From positions 52,691 through 116,690 of the forward strand of contig JBNGIO010006005.1 of assembly GCA_049999805.1 (NCBI GenBank): a DNA stretch of 64,000 bases, read 5' to 3'. The position numbers and the translations under genes were made by a program. The first letter of the stretch is position 1. The number at the start of each line of letters is the position of its first letter. Origin of the DNA: Folioceros fuciformis. Lineage: Eukaryota. The notes below the pieces were generated by a model, which was not told the DNA's origin, did not search any database, and saw only the letters and a list, made by a program, of their open reading frames with translations. Of this stretch, positions 52,029 to 64,000 are shown in pieces.

Positions 52029-53776
52029 GCGCCAGCCAAACAGATGAAAGTGACGATTGCTGGAAATCTCGTCCAAGTCGGCATCAGCAGCTATACTTGA
52101 TGGTTTGTGTTTTGTAGACATGTTGTGCACAGTGTAGGGGGTCATTCAGGGCGTGTAAAGTGAAAGCTGCAACTATGGAGCGTGCTACGTCCCATGTGTG
52201 TTTTGTGTGTTAGTGTGTGTGGGTCGACATTATGTATATTGCATTTTGTAATAAGTGGATTGGCCGGTGTGATGTACCGTGTGCGTGGTCAGATCACTAT
52301 ACGTGTATACACGTATGTCTGTATGTGTAGTTGGCTAGCTTATCCGCGTGGAGTGAAAGGAGGTGAGCGCTGCCTTGGACTACGACTTTGGAACCCGTAT
52401 GAGGTGCGCTGGACATCTGCAGCCGAAGACCGGTCTGTAGGGGGGGGGGGCAGCGTGCGCAGTGGGTTGTAGAAGGGTCTCATCGGACCAGTGGTCAATC
52501 CCGTTGAGAATCGATGTGAATTAAGACTTAAGACTTTACCGAGGCCCCCGAAACGTCTGGTGGCAACAATTTCTTCACCTCCTTCACAGGGACCAACTCT
52601 CTGACCCGACTTCCAATCGGTTCCAGGACATTCCAACATCTGGAAGATGCTACTCGGTGATGTGAACATACGGTACATGTACTGAAGATGGAGCGTAGAA
52701 TATGAAACAAGAGGCGGTGAGCTTCGCTGAAGTCGGGAAGTGTGTTAGTAGTGTTAAGAAAAGGGAGTGGGTAGAGGTGAGCGAAAGGACGGTTAATGAG
52801 AGCTCCGGTAGACAAGGTCCGTGCGGCCTTGCGGCCGTGGGTCTGTCGGTCCGTCCGTCCTTCTTGTCCCGCCGAGCCCGTTGCTGGCGTTCATTCGCGC
52901 GTACTGGATGGCGTCCGCGTTTTGTGCTCCTGAATCACGCACGTGGGATATATAGGATTGTCGCATCTGGTAGGGCCAATCGGGTTGGTCCACTACATAC
53001 CCGGAAATTCGCCATCTCGCCGTCTGAACGGGATACTATCCTTTCTGTGCTTTAACAATTGGTTGATTGTGTCACACCATTTCCGTGGGAGGCTGGTTCC
53101 GGCTGCCGGCGGCGCCATCTCAATGCGAGGTTCGTCGAGTTGACGTGATCAGTTGTGGGATGTGTGGATGGATCCGTAGAGAGCCGCAGACGGGGTCCGT
53201 CAGCCTGCCATAATCCGTTGCTTGGATGTGCGGATGGAGGGCCCTTACTGGGCGGCAGACCGCGGGATCCCCTTGGATGGAAGGATGGTCGCATCGCCAG
53301 GGTGTGCGGCCTGCCCTGCCTCCAAGCTCCTTGTCTGCACTCTGCACGCCAGGCTCATTGAGTTCCTGGTACGTACGAGGAAACTGTGCGATGTGGGACT
53401 TGAGTGAGCTTCCTAGCTTGCGCACACGGGCTTCAAATTCAGTCCTCAGGCAAGCTTCACCACAACTCATTCCCACAACCAGCTGGTCTGTGGTCTTGCA
53501 GTCCCGGACAAAGTGTTGACAAGTTCCCAGACGAATTAAGTTGTGCGGAGAGGAGGGGAGCGGCGCGGGGCGGGGCGGGGCGGAGTGACACTGCTCCAAG
53601 CGTTAGTCAAGCACCAGCCTGGCAGGCCTTTGAGAGAAAGCTTCTTCTTGCGCTTGGAAGGCAAGCAGCTGCTGGGTCAAGAGTCACACTGTCGTGCACT
53701 GCCTCTCCCGCGGACTTCCCGGCGGTCTTGAGCAGTGTGCTCCAGGTCTTTGATCAATTCTGAGCTTCTTCCCAAC

Positions 53777-55886
53777 ATGGCGACCGCTCTGCTCGCATTC
53801 TTCATTTTGCCGGGCGCCGTCATCCTCCCGGCGGCTATCATTATCCTGCACGCTATCTGGTTCGTCCCACGGCAAAGGCGAAGGTGGTACGAAGCGCAGG
53901 GGATTCGGGGACCCAGCTTCCATCCCATCCTCGGCAATAATCAGGAGATGAAGGCTGCCTTGGGCGAAACGATGCAGCTGAATCCGGTGCCCATGAACCA
54001 GCTCACATCCGCGATCACTCTCCCCGACTGCTCCACCTTCTCCCAGCTATACGGTAAGACCATGGTGTCATCCCAACGTCATCTACAACGTTACTACACC
54101 CTGTCTGTCTCTTCCATGTACATGGATTCAACTCGCGATCGCCAGTGTTGGGCAATGCAAGGTCCTGAATTGCAAAGCTGTGCGCAGGGAATGTGTTTAT
54201 TTACGAAATTCTGTGGACCACCATGCTCACCGTGGCGGACCCAGCGCTGGTGAGGGAGGTGCTGGTGGCCAAGGCCGCTTACTACCGTAAAGCGCCTGTC
54301 ATTCGCAACCTGGTGATGAGCCTGCTGGGCAACGGCCTGGTCTTCTCCGATGGCGATTTGTGGAAGCAACAGCGCAAAATTCACAATCCTGCCTTCCAGA
54401 AGACCTATCTCAAGGTGAAAAATACATCGACACTCACTGTCACACTACCTGTCCTCACCACCTCCTCTTTTCCTTAAGCGTCGAATTTCACGGGCCTGGC
54501 GCTCACTGAATCGGGTCCGGCCATTGCCAATTACGTGATCACAGGGTCTTCTGCATCACTTCAAGGACTGCAGCGATGAAGTCGCCAGACGATGGACAGC
54601 GCGCATTGCGCAAGGAGGGGGGACAGCAGAAGTGGAGGTGAGCATGGACATGTCCACAACAACGCTGGACATCATCGCCAGAGCCGCCTTCGGTGCCACC
54701 ATGCCCGGCAGCGCACCCACAAGCAAGGGAGTCTTGGCCTTCGAGTGCATCACTCCGCTCTTCGTCGGAAATCTGAAGAAGCTCTTCACAATCGTTCCGC
54801 TCATTCCAGGATACAGGTAATTAATTAACTGGGGTCGAATCGTCCACTTTCCACCGCACACACACATACTCGAGCGCAGTTCGCGACTCAGAAGTCTACT
54901 GTCTCAATGCTTCAATCTTTGATCACTCAGTCTGGCTGCCAGCTGCATCAATTCTGATCCCACTTCCGTGCTCCCCTCACTTGCGCCAGATTCCTGCCCA
55001 CTCCTGGCAACGTCAAGGACTGGAAGCGCGAAAACTACATCAACGGCCTGCTGGAGGAGATATTGGACGCTCGGCTGCAGGCCGCAGCGGAAGAGCATGC
55101 ATTGAACGGCATGGACAATGAGCATCCCTACGGCCACGACCTCCTAGGGATGATGATAAAAGCTTGGAAGAGTGGCAGCCCCACAATGACTCGGAAGCAG
55201 CTCCTGGCCGAGTGCAAAACCATCTTCGTTGCCGGCCACTCGACCACGGCGCTGGGTATCACGTGGGCTCTTTTCCTCATGTCCAAGCATCCGGAATGGC
55301 AGGACCGCTTGAGGCAAGAGGTGCAGCACGTGTGTCATGAAAGCGGGAGAGGGCTCACCATGGACGCTTTCCGACAAATGACTCAGGTGAGCGTACGGAA
55401 TCATTAATGAGGGCCAGCCGCATTTCATTTTGGACCAATCCTGACTGAGCTCCTGGTCAACAGATGGACATGTTTGTGAAGGAAGTGTATCGACTGTACC
55501 CACCGGTGTCCAACGTCTTCCGGCAGTGCCATACAGCCCACAAGATCGGGGACATCAATGTGGCCCCCGGAACATGCATTCTCGTCCCCATCGCACTGCT
55601 GCATCAGAGCAGAGAGCAATGGGGAGACGACTATGACCAGTTTCGGCCAGAAAGATGGGAGAACAAATTTTCCTATAGCAAAGACCTCATGGCGTACTGC
55701 GCTTTCGGGGCTGGTCCACGCCACTGCTTGGGAAAGGAGTTTGCCTTGATGGAAACGTTCACCATGTTGTCCACCCTCGTCTCTCACTTCAAATTTGCCA
55801 TCTCTCCGACGTACAGGCATGCCCCGGGCCACGTCCAAAGCATCCGACCATTGTACGGCATGCAATTACTCATTACAGAGCTTTAA
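53777..55886 (+). CDS. Cytochrome P450, CYP72 clan, 5 exons (~53777-54052, 54188-54413, 54545-54816, 54990-55386, 55464-55886)
   Basis: N-terminal TM, QGIRGPSFHPILGN, GNGLVFSDGDLWKQQRK...PAF, TLDIIARAAFG, ECKTIFVAGHSTT, EVYR (ExxR), PERW, heme motif FGAGPRHCLG. Confidence 0.93.
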
Positions 55887-56229
55887 TGTAATGGAGTTTA
55901 AGGGGCTGAACCCCGCGACACCAATTCATTGTGAAGCGGCTTACATTGTAGCTTACGGATTGTGGACGTGTTAGGGCGTTGAGCCTGTGAAACGGTCTTC
56001 CTCCTCACGCCACGGGGTGCAACGTGACAAGGATCCCTCGGTCTCTCTTCTCTCATTACACACACAATGTGGTCACATCCATGTGTTCTTTTGCATATAC
56101 TACATTAGAGACTATGGTCAAGGACTTCCTCACAACCATGTGCTCATTCATACAGATCCCCTAGCTCTTGGTAGCCGGTCAGTCATCTTCATGATATCTT
56201 TGGCAACCCCAAAGTTGGGTTCAAGTATA

Positions 56230-56318
56230 AGGCAGGTTATGATGAACCAACTTGTTTTCTTTTTATCATAGGAGGCAGGTTATGATGAACCAACTTGTTT
56301 TCTTTTTATCATAGGAGG
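56230..56318. repeat. ~43-bp tandem duplication
   Basis: AGGCAGGTTATGATGAACCAACTTGTTTTCTTTTTATCATAGG occurs twice. Confidence 0.9.
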
Positions 56319-56484
56319 TTTCTTGTGGTTTCTTCCCATGGGAAAGGTTTTATGTGGTTCTCTTCGACCAGCATTTGGCTTTCAATTTGCATCTATAATC
56401 TTTTCCACGCACCATCATATATTTTTAACAAGCTTGGTCCATCCTTTGGCTTATTATCTTTCTACTTGCAGTTCTTCATGACAC

Positions 56485-57196
56485 CAGGACACACTTGCCT
56501 CGCTGGCCCCTGCTACAGTACTATGTTTTCCTCCCACTATGCAAAGGGTGGAAAGAGTATCAGAGCTACATACCAAGATACATTGCACCAACACTAGAAC
56601 ACATTTGCCCCGGTGTCCCAAGTGACCATATTTTCCACCCACTACGTAGTGGATGGAAAGAGTACCATAGTTGCATACCCGGACACACTTGCCCCATAGT
56701 CCTAGGCTACCATATTTTCCACCCATTGTGCAACCACCCCTTGTGCGGTGGGTGGAAAGTGTAGTAAAGGTGCATACTGGGACCAAAGTTACATACTTGG
56801 ACACACCGCACCCATACTAGGACACACTTGCCCCATAGTCCCAAGCTACCATGCTTTCCACCCATTGTGCGGTGGGTGGAAAGAGTAGTTAAGTCGCATA
56901 CTAGGACACAGGGTGGAAAGAGATATTAAAGGTGCATACCAAGACAAAGTGGGTGGAAAGAGTACTATAGGAGTATATTAGGGCATAGTGGGTGGAAAGA
57001 GTACAAGAGGTGTATATCAGGACACGTAGTGGGTGGAAAGAGAACTAAGGGTGCATGCAACGACACAATGGGTGGAAAGAGTACTAGTGGTGCATACGTG
57101 GACACACTACAACAACACTAGGACACACTTGCCCCATTGACCCAAGCTACCATGTTTTCCATATGCAATGGGTGGAAAGAGTGCCAAAGGTGCATG
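56485..57196. repeat. Complex ~39-bp repeat array with GGGTGGAAAGAG core, in direct and inverted orientation
   Basis: About 10 GGTGGAAAG cores plus 4-5 inverted TTTCCACCC copies; GGACACACTTGCCCC...CCAAGCTACCAT modules. Confidence 0.88.
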
Positions 57197-57639
57197 ATCT
57201 ATGTTGAAGGTGCATAGGTCATAAGAGTATCAACATTATTAAAGAGCATCTACTCTCATTAGGGAGCACCTATTGTGTTAGGCATATACGTATTGGAGTA
57301 GATTCACACTTATGGGCTTATAGCTCATAAGAGCTATACCCAATTAGAGGTTTATAAATGAAGAATTAATTGATTTATAAATTAAAGTAAATAGATCATT
57401 AAAATAAACTAGAAAATTAAAATATACTAGAGAATATATCTAGATAAATAATAAATATATAGCTAAAATAATTAAAAATATTATAAAATCATAAAAATAT
57501 TCTAGATGCAGTAAATAAAGTAGTTAAGTAGTAAGTTAGGATAATAAAGATCATAAATAAAATCATTAATACATTAATATGAATGACCAATTTAATTAGT
57601 TGTATATACATTACTCTCCTTTACTGGAGAAAAACAAGA

Positions 57640-60100
57640 TGCGAAATCCATCTACCCGGAAAAAGGTGACACAAACCTCAAAAGGTGGCTGGGCCACGAG
57701 AACTAGCCCTTAAATGATAATCTACTCCACAATTTCATCTATGCCTAAGTTTGGAGGGATATTAGGTTTCTCCCATGCCAAAGTTTGGATTGACCTTATT
57801 GGATTTCTTTCATACCAAAGTCTCAAGGCTTTCTACATTAAGGCCACATAGCCTTTTGAACCACTAAGGCCAAGTCACCTACTCCATGCATTGTAATCAC
57901 TTGCTAAATCATTTTGTGAAAATGTTGCAGGATAGCTCTTAACTTCAAGCTTGAGAAACACCCTATCCTATAGTTGTTTCAACAATCCGTTGACAAATAA
58001 TAGAGGGAAAGAGTGTGGAAATGTTAATATTCTAGTAAAAATGTCTTCATCTTCCAAGATATCCCAATGCATCACCTAGTACTTCGCCATGTCGTTGGAC
58101 ATGGGCAATCTAAAACAATGAGCCTTGTGTCCATATCTTGACTTGTTAAGTGATTTCTTTGCCCCTCCATTCGCATGACCAATTTCTTGCTCCATTCAAC
58201 TGCTCAAGTGTAAGCCATTCTTTACCTCCTCCATCCATATTCTAATTCCTTGCTCCATGCATATATGATTGAAATTGAGTTAGTAGAAGGTAACATGTTG
58301 GAGTGTAAGCGATTTGTTTGCCTCCGCCATTCGCAATCATGTTTAGTAGGAACTCTTTTTAAAATATGTTGCTATCACAACAACCTCTTCCCAGAAACAA
58401 ACCAAGTCATTGTGATGAAAACGTCTCGAAGAACTTGGCTAGGGACTCCCTTTCTTCTACTTCGCATCCCCTTAAATGCATCAATGTGCTCTTTTATGTA
58501 TCAATGCACTAACAAAGATGACCCCTTTGCATTCAACCTCACATCAAGAACCCTTGCAACCCAAAATAGTGTGTTGTGGGTGTTAGTAAAGTAAGGTGTT
58601 GTCATGAACATGTCCTTCCGAATTTCAAACAATGGGTCACAAATGTCACAAAAAGTCCCTTGACAAACTTATTCTCATCCGCCACACCCACCCCCCAAAC
58701 CGCCCCTTCAAATACCCCCTCACCCACCTCACCTACCCCCCACTAACAGTAGGGAAAGGGAAACCATGTGATGTTCATGGAGCATGGCAACCGACCCTGC
58801 TTTGAGGGCGTTGCCCAGCTGGTACCCTCAAACCCCATATTTCCTCTCAAGGGTTGGCCTCCTTTGTCATTACTAGAAGGACGTTGCCCACTAGGCACCC
58901 TCAAATCCCATATTTCGTCTCAAGGGTTGGCCTCCTTTATCATTACAAGGAGGGCACCGGCTAGCTGGCGCCCTTCCACACCTGGTAACTTTTCACACAT
59001 TATTTTGGGTAATAAGTGGATACAAGTAGGGTTTCAGTTAAGCAGATACATAGGCTACGCGGCAAAATCATAGTCACAGGAGAATAAAGTGGATGAAGAC
59101 ATAGAGGGTACCTTGGTTCACTTTCGTCGATGCATTCTAAAGAGTTGCTGTCAACCCAGCACACAAGGCAGAAGTGGAGAATTGGTTTGACTTCACAATC
59201 TTCACTCTGCTAAATTGTAGTTTCCATAGCTTTAGAAACCATGTGTACATTACAGCACGCAACCTAGATCAGTCACACTGCCCCTTATACAAACTCCATA
59301 TTTCGAGCTTAAAGCTCAAAATATGGAGTTTGGGTATAGGTTTGTATAAGTATCTGGCATATTGTAGACCTCTACGTTTCGTAACCGCTCTACCATTTGA
59401 AGGAATGACATGTCCATCTATGCTACTACTTGCTTTGCTTTGGCTGAGGCATTGGGTGGATTCTCCCTCACATTGTTCCAAGGGGCTCGATGAACAATTC
59501 TTGTCTTCAACTTCTCATACCTCTTGTGGTGAATGCAAAACACTCTTCTGAAGGCACGCAAACAACATTGGAAAGGAGTATCCCCGAAGAGATATGTCAT
59601 CACTTTTTGCCTCTGCTCTGCATTCCCTTCTATGTGCAATAGGGACTCAAGATACGTCTCTTACTCTTGACGCAACATTCTGAGAAAGCAATACCGCACT
59701 TCTTGGAACATTTCTTTTGTCATTCTATGGACGCACATGCGATTGCAACATACCTTCATATAGTCAATCAGAATGACTGGGCCCTCGCTCTTCCGCAAAG
59801 GAACACTTGTTGATCTTCGGCGATGTTGAATTACAGGACATTCCTTTGTCTGCAACAACGTTTCAATTCTAGATTTCCTTTGCATATCTTGCGCATGCGG
59901 CTAGGGCCGGAACACCTCCGGCATGAACGCATTGTCGTCGTCATCAATGTTTTCTACATCTTTGCTGCGTGTTCTGCCTCTTCCCCAACCAACTCCTTCC
60001 GCACCCCCAACAAGCCCTCTCCTCATCGCAACGATGTTATCTGTACCTCCAACAAGCAATCGAAGCCTGCATGGAATCACCGATTTCTACTAGCAACTCG
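57640..60100 (-). mobile_element. Degenerate DNA transposon relic, Sola/DUF7869-like
   Basis: Stop-interrupted frames: CCNRMC...F...R..FL..L.QE*..YL...Y...CC.RAF..VF.I...R; Y.WF.KLW...FSRVKI...F...ALC; further 3' FWVARV...LLVH*Y. Confidence 0.5.
58825..58950. repeat. Imperfect ~50-bp direct repeat inside the transposon relic
   Basis: CCCTCAAA(C/T)CCCATATTTC...TCAAGGGTTGGCCTCCTTT(G/A)TCATTAC at ~58826 and ~58898. Confidence 0.8.
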
Positions 60101-63100
60101 GGCTCTTGGATACCACTGAGTATAGATTGATATTTCTTGGTGTTGCAGGAATGGCAATAGGAATAGGTGACGCCGGCAGCCCACTTGCATGCCACCCATG
60201 ATCGTGATGTCATTGCCCTACTCGAAACATTGTTTCACAAGCTCATACAATGGAAGATGACAATGTTGGTTAGTGCATTGCGACTCAATAGCAAGCACTT
60301 GGCGTAGTGTTGGGTTTGGAAGAATACCTGGGCTTGGTGGCATGGCCGTTGTGGGGTGTAATGATTGTCCCCTTCTTTCTGTCTCAACGATTCGTGGAAG
60401 TCTCATGTACTAGGAGCCTGTTGGCACTCCTCTCGTGGGCACCTATGGGAATCCAGGACATGATCGACTCATATTCGACAAGAAGCCGGCAGCACTATGG
60501 CTCTTGGTATCTAGCAATGTATAATACCTCATCATCATGTGGAGTATGTAGTGCTTGAAGCATTTTCGTTCTGTGTGATGCGTCCTCATCGTCGTCACAC
60601 TAGAAGCTAGTGATTTTTTATGTTTTAGAAATTAATGCTGCAAATTGAGCAATAATTCAGAGTCACACACAAATAATAACAAGATTTGCTCATGCCCAAT
60701 GTATTGGAAATGGTCTAGGGTTCACTCGCAGGCGTCAGTACCACAATTCTAGGAGAGCGGATTCCGCTGTTCAGCGTGTGTGGCCTCAATGGCAGTGCCC
60801 CAGCTCTCCCTCAATCGGCTGCACTTGGCCTAGGCCTCTTCGAGCTGCCATCCCTACGCTGCCCTCTCCTCCCCTTAGAACGTGTCATGTCCCTAAACAG
60901 CTAATAAAGCAGGTTTCACTTCCAAGAGTTCCTGCATGTACCTATCTCGCTCCTCCCAGAGTTTGCTGGACTCATCTTGAAGTTCCAAAGTGAGGTCCAC
61001 GGCTCGTTCCTTAAATGACGTAAGCTGGTATGTGAGCTCCATCATGCGCCGTCAAAGGGTTATGTTCTCATCCTCCTTGGCTACGACCTGCCTGAAGGAC
61101 CAAGCTAAACCTTCGATCAGCAAGGTGACAATTCCTTGTGCTACCGACGTAGCTCTCTCCGAGGTGCGTCTGATGTAAAACCTGTAATTGGGAGGCAACT
61201 TCACCCTCCCAAAAGAAGTCTGCATGGCCCATCTCATGGCCTCTAGGTCCATGATTCCTCCATCGATCAAGCCCTCCGAGACTACTCATTGGGGTAGGTT
61301 CTTCCTCTTGTCCAAGGCTTCATTTGCTAGTTGCGAGGTAGGGGCTGGCACAACTTCGGTTGGGGGTGGACTAGGGAACCACGGCCCCCTTCATTTCTTT
61401 CTCCCATGCGATGAGGGGGGTCGCTTCACTCCTGATGGTATGATCCCATGCTTCTCATTGTAGTCTAGCTGCGCAACTATCCAAACTAATTCTGACTGCT
61501 CCACCTGCTCCATGCTCATGGGAACATCTTGAGGCCAAGGTCTGGGCACCATTAAATCATCTGGCTCCATACTAGGAGGCAAAGGGGCACTTCAAATTGG
61601 AATCCTCTTGGGTACTGGGACGGTGGGCCAAGTGCTCCATTGTTTGGGAATGGGGACATCCTTGGCCGGAGCAACCGCTGCCTTGCATTTCTTTGCTAGT
61701 ACTAGGGAGGGCTGGCAAGAGAGCTCGAAGTAGACGCCTAGGCCATCGGAGTGGACTCCTCTTAAGGAGCCCTACTAGCTACCTTGTCCTCTATGCTGTC
61801 AGAGACTAGGAGCAAAACTGGCTCCGTGGGCAAAGTTACAATATGGGTGGCATGAACCACATCCTTCTTCTTAGGGGCCGAATCTTGTATTGGAGCGAGA
61901 GTAGGAGCAAGAGGAGCTAGGGTGAGAGGCATAAGTCGAGGGACTGTCAGCTTTTCCAGGTTCGTTAGGGCCTTGTCGTGGCCCCCAATACGAAAAAGGA
62001 AGGAGAAAGGCCCAAAGCGGGTAGTTTCTCCTATCGCAACCTTCTAACATCATACTAGATCCGATGTGCCACTATCTACTTTCCCCAATCTACTGGGGAT
62101 CCCTGGGCCAGCCCATATAGGAGCATTAGTACTCTATCTGCCACATGGTCCCTTTTGGTAATCAACAGCCAATTGACAATCAATTGTGCCACTCAACAGA
62201 TTCGTAGGTCCTCAATGGCATGGAAGAGCCACCCATTGGTGGTCTTGAAGGACCCATTTGTCAATAGGGTCTTGGCGGCCTCCTTGACGAGGCCCTTGCT
62301 CCTCCGCAAGTTGAGGTAGATTCATCCTCACTCCGAAGCCCGTCGAGCCTCCTACAAACCTCACGCATAATTTGTATGGTCTAGAAGAGTGGGTTATCCC
62401 AGACCTTGGTGAATTCTTACCTCCCTTTCGCGCATTGGCACAGGTTCCACGCGAACTCTTGAATTGTTATTGTGGATTAGATGTTCCACAAAATCTAGAA
62501 TAGGCCTAATTCCCATTGCTCCATCAAGTCGCCGGCCACCGCCATCCAAAGTGTGAAATTGGGGTATGCCTAAGTTTGGATTTGATCCTTGTTGATTCTC
62601 TATGGGTTGCCGGTCTCGAGAAACAGTCCAAGCGCTATATGTAAAGTGGAGCAGAGTAAGAGAGATTGGAAGGGGGAGATAGGGTGCACGACACCAAGGA
62701 CCACAGCATGAGGAAGTGTAACGGCGTGGCGAGAGAAAGATTGGAGTTGCGAGGTAGTCGAAATGGTGGGGAAAAGGGAGGAAGAGTGTGGAGCAGGGAG
62801 GGGGGAGGGTAATGCCAACCATAGAGCAGCTTAAGAGTTTACCTTGCTGCGCCTGCAACCATCCACAGACTGTTACACTCATGCGCTCTCATGATGGTCA
62901 GTACTTCGAATGTTGATATGGTTGTGAGTCATGTTAGACTACTCACCAACTGACTTCGCTCGGACTACGAACCCTAGGTACATGCTTTCTAACGCATCAG
63001 ATCCAATAACTGTGACAAATCGAAAACTTAACAAAACAAACCATTCAGGTCCGGCGAAAGGTCTGTCGGTTGTCTAGAGTAGGACTTTAATTATTTAGAG

Positions 63101-64000
63101 TCTACAATGAGCACAAGATATCTTGACAAGTTGGGACCCTAATCCCGTACCCTTATCACTAGGGGATTTTGTCTCTTGCATCCCCAATCCTATCCTTACT
63201 AACAAGGGGTATGCTTGTTGCATCCTCGGCCCCCACTGTTGCCACAGGATTTTTTTCTCTTGCATCCCCTTACTCTTACCACCACCTTAGTGAAGCATTT
63301 AAATGCGAGGCAGGTCAAGAGGAAGGAGGCATCTTCTACCTACAAATGAGGGGGGAAGGTGAGAAGATATTTCCTTATCTTTGTACTTTTTACCCTGTTT
63401 GAAAGCCTTGTCCCATCACATAGGATGAAAGGATGATCTACACCATGAACCATTCCTCATTTATTAGATAGATCGAATCACCCAGTGACCGGTGAAATGT
63501 TGTAGAAGTGTCTCTTCATTTCATTTTGATCCCTAAGAATCTATGCCATGATATCTTTTTATGCATCTTATGAGACCAATACTATCCCAAAGGAAACAAT
63601 TGAACTAGGTTTATGACAAATCCTCAAATTCCATGAAGCTCGTTTGCACTTTTCTAGAAATATGGAATCCCAGCCAATTTTTAACATTTCATCATAAAAT
63701 TTCAAATACAAGATGATAAATATGTGTTAAAAAAATATTGAATATAAGGGTGCTCTTGGTAGAACCGCAGATAAAATTTGTTTGCACAACCCATAGCGTA
63801 ATGTATCCATTACGAGATCACTTGAACACTGGACTATGCATATGAGCTAATATTGAAACTTAAATGTATTTGTCCAGTGAAATATGTATCATAGTACTTG
63901 GAAACATGACAACATGTACCTGACCAAGTGGAGAGATTGTAGTGATCAAAGTAGTAGCATACTCGTTTGACCACACTAACACTATTGGACTGACCAGTGC

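Noticed and set aside
52340-53730. Several 60-160 aa ORFs between FBP7 and the P450
   Set aside because: No domain signal; consistent with UTR or promoter sequence
56485-57196. CRISPR-like appearance (constant core plus variable parts)
   Set aside because: The variable parts are homologous to each other, the core is only ~12 bp, no cas genes are present and the context is eukaryotic

Overview
This is eukaryotic land-plant nuclear DNA, not prokaryotic. It holds about 18 protein-coding genes with short GT-AG introns (mostly ~70-110 nt), separated by AT-rich stretches of decayed transposons and tandem repeats. The compact structure suggests a small-genome non-seed plant such as a hornwort or lycophyte (inference). 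Genes in order: Lon-N domain protein, GME, PP1 inhibitor-2, BTB-BACK (POB1/LRB-like), a single-DUF26 secreted protein, an EamA transporter, a very divergent UTr5/SLC35B-like transporter, WDR76/DRS1, a GHR1/SIRK1-type LRR pseudokinase, RUS5, a stand-alone NADAR, a SAM methyltransferase, neurochondrin, an NSUN3/4-like RNA methyltransferase, COQ5, eIF3b, FBP7 and a CYP72-clan P450. The strongest lead is the intronless, stand-alone, actinobacterial-looking NADAR (N-glycosidase / DNA ADP-ribose hydrolase family) sitting among plant genes, a horizontal-transfer candidate. Other leads are the motif-stripped UTr5-like transporter, the NSUN3/4-like enzyme, the AT-rich Gnk2-like gene, an RLE-type (CRE-like) retrotransposon relic and a Sola/DUF7869-like transposon relic next to a hairpin repeat array. 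Exon boundaries were read by eye and family calls rest on recalled motifs; no database search was run.
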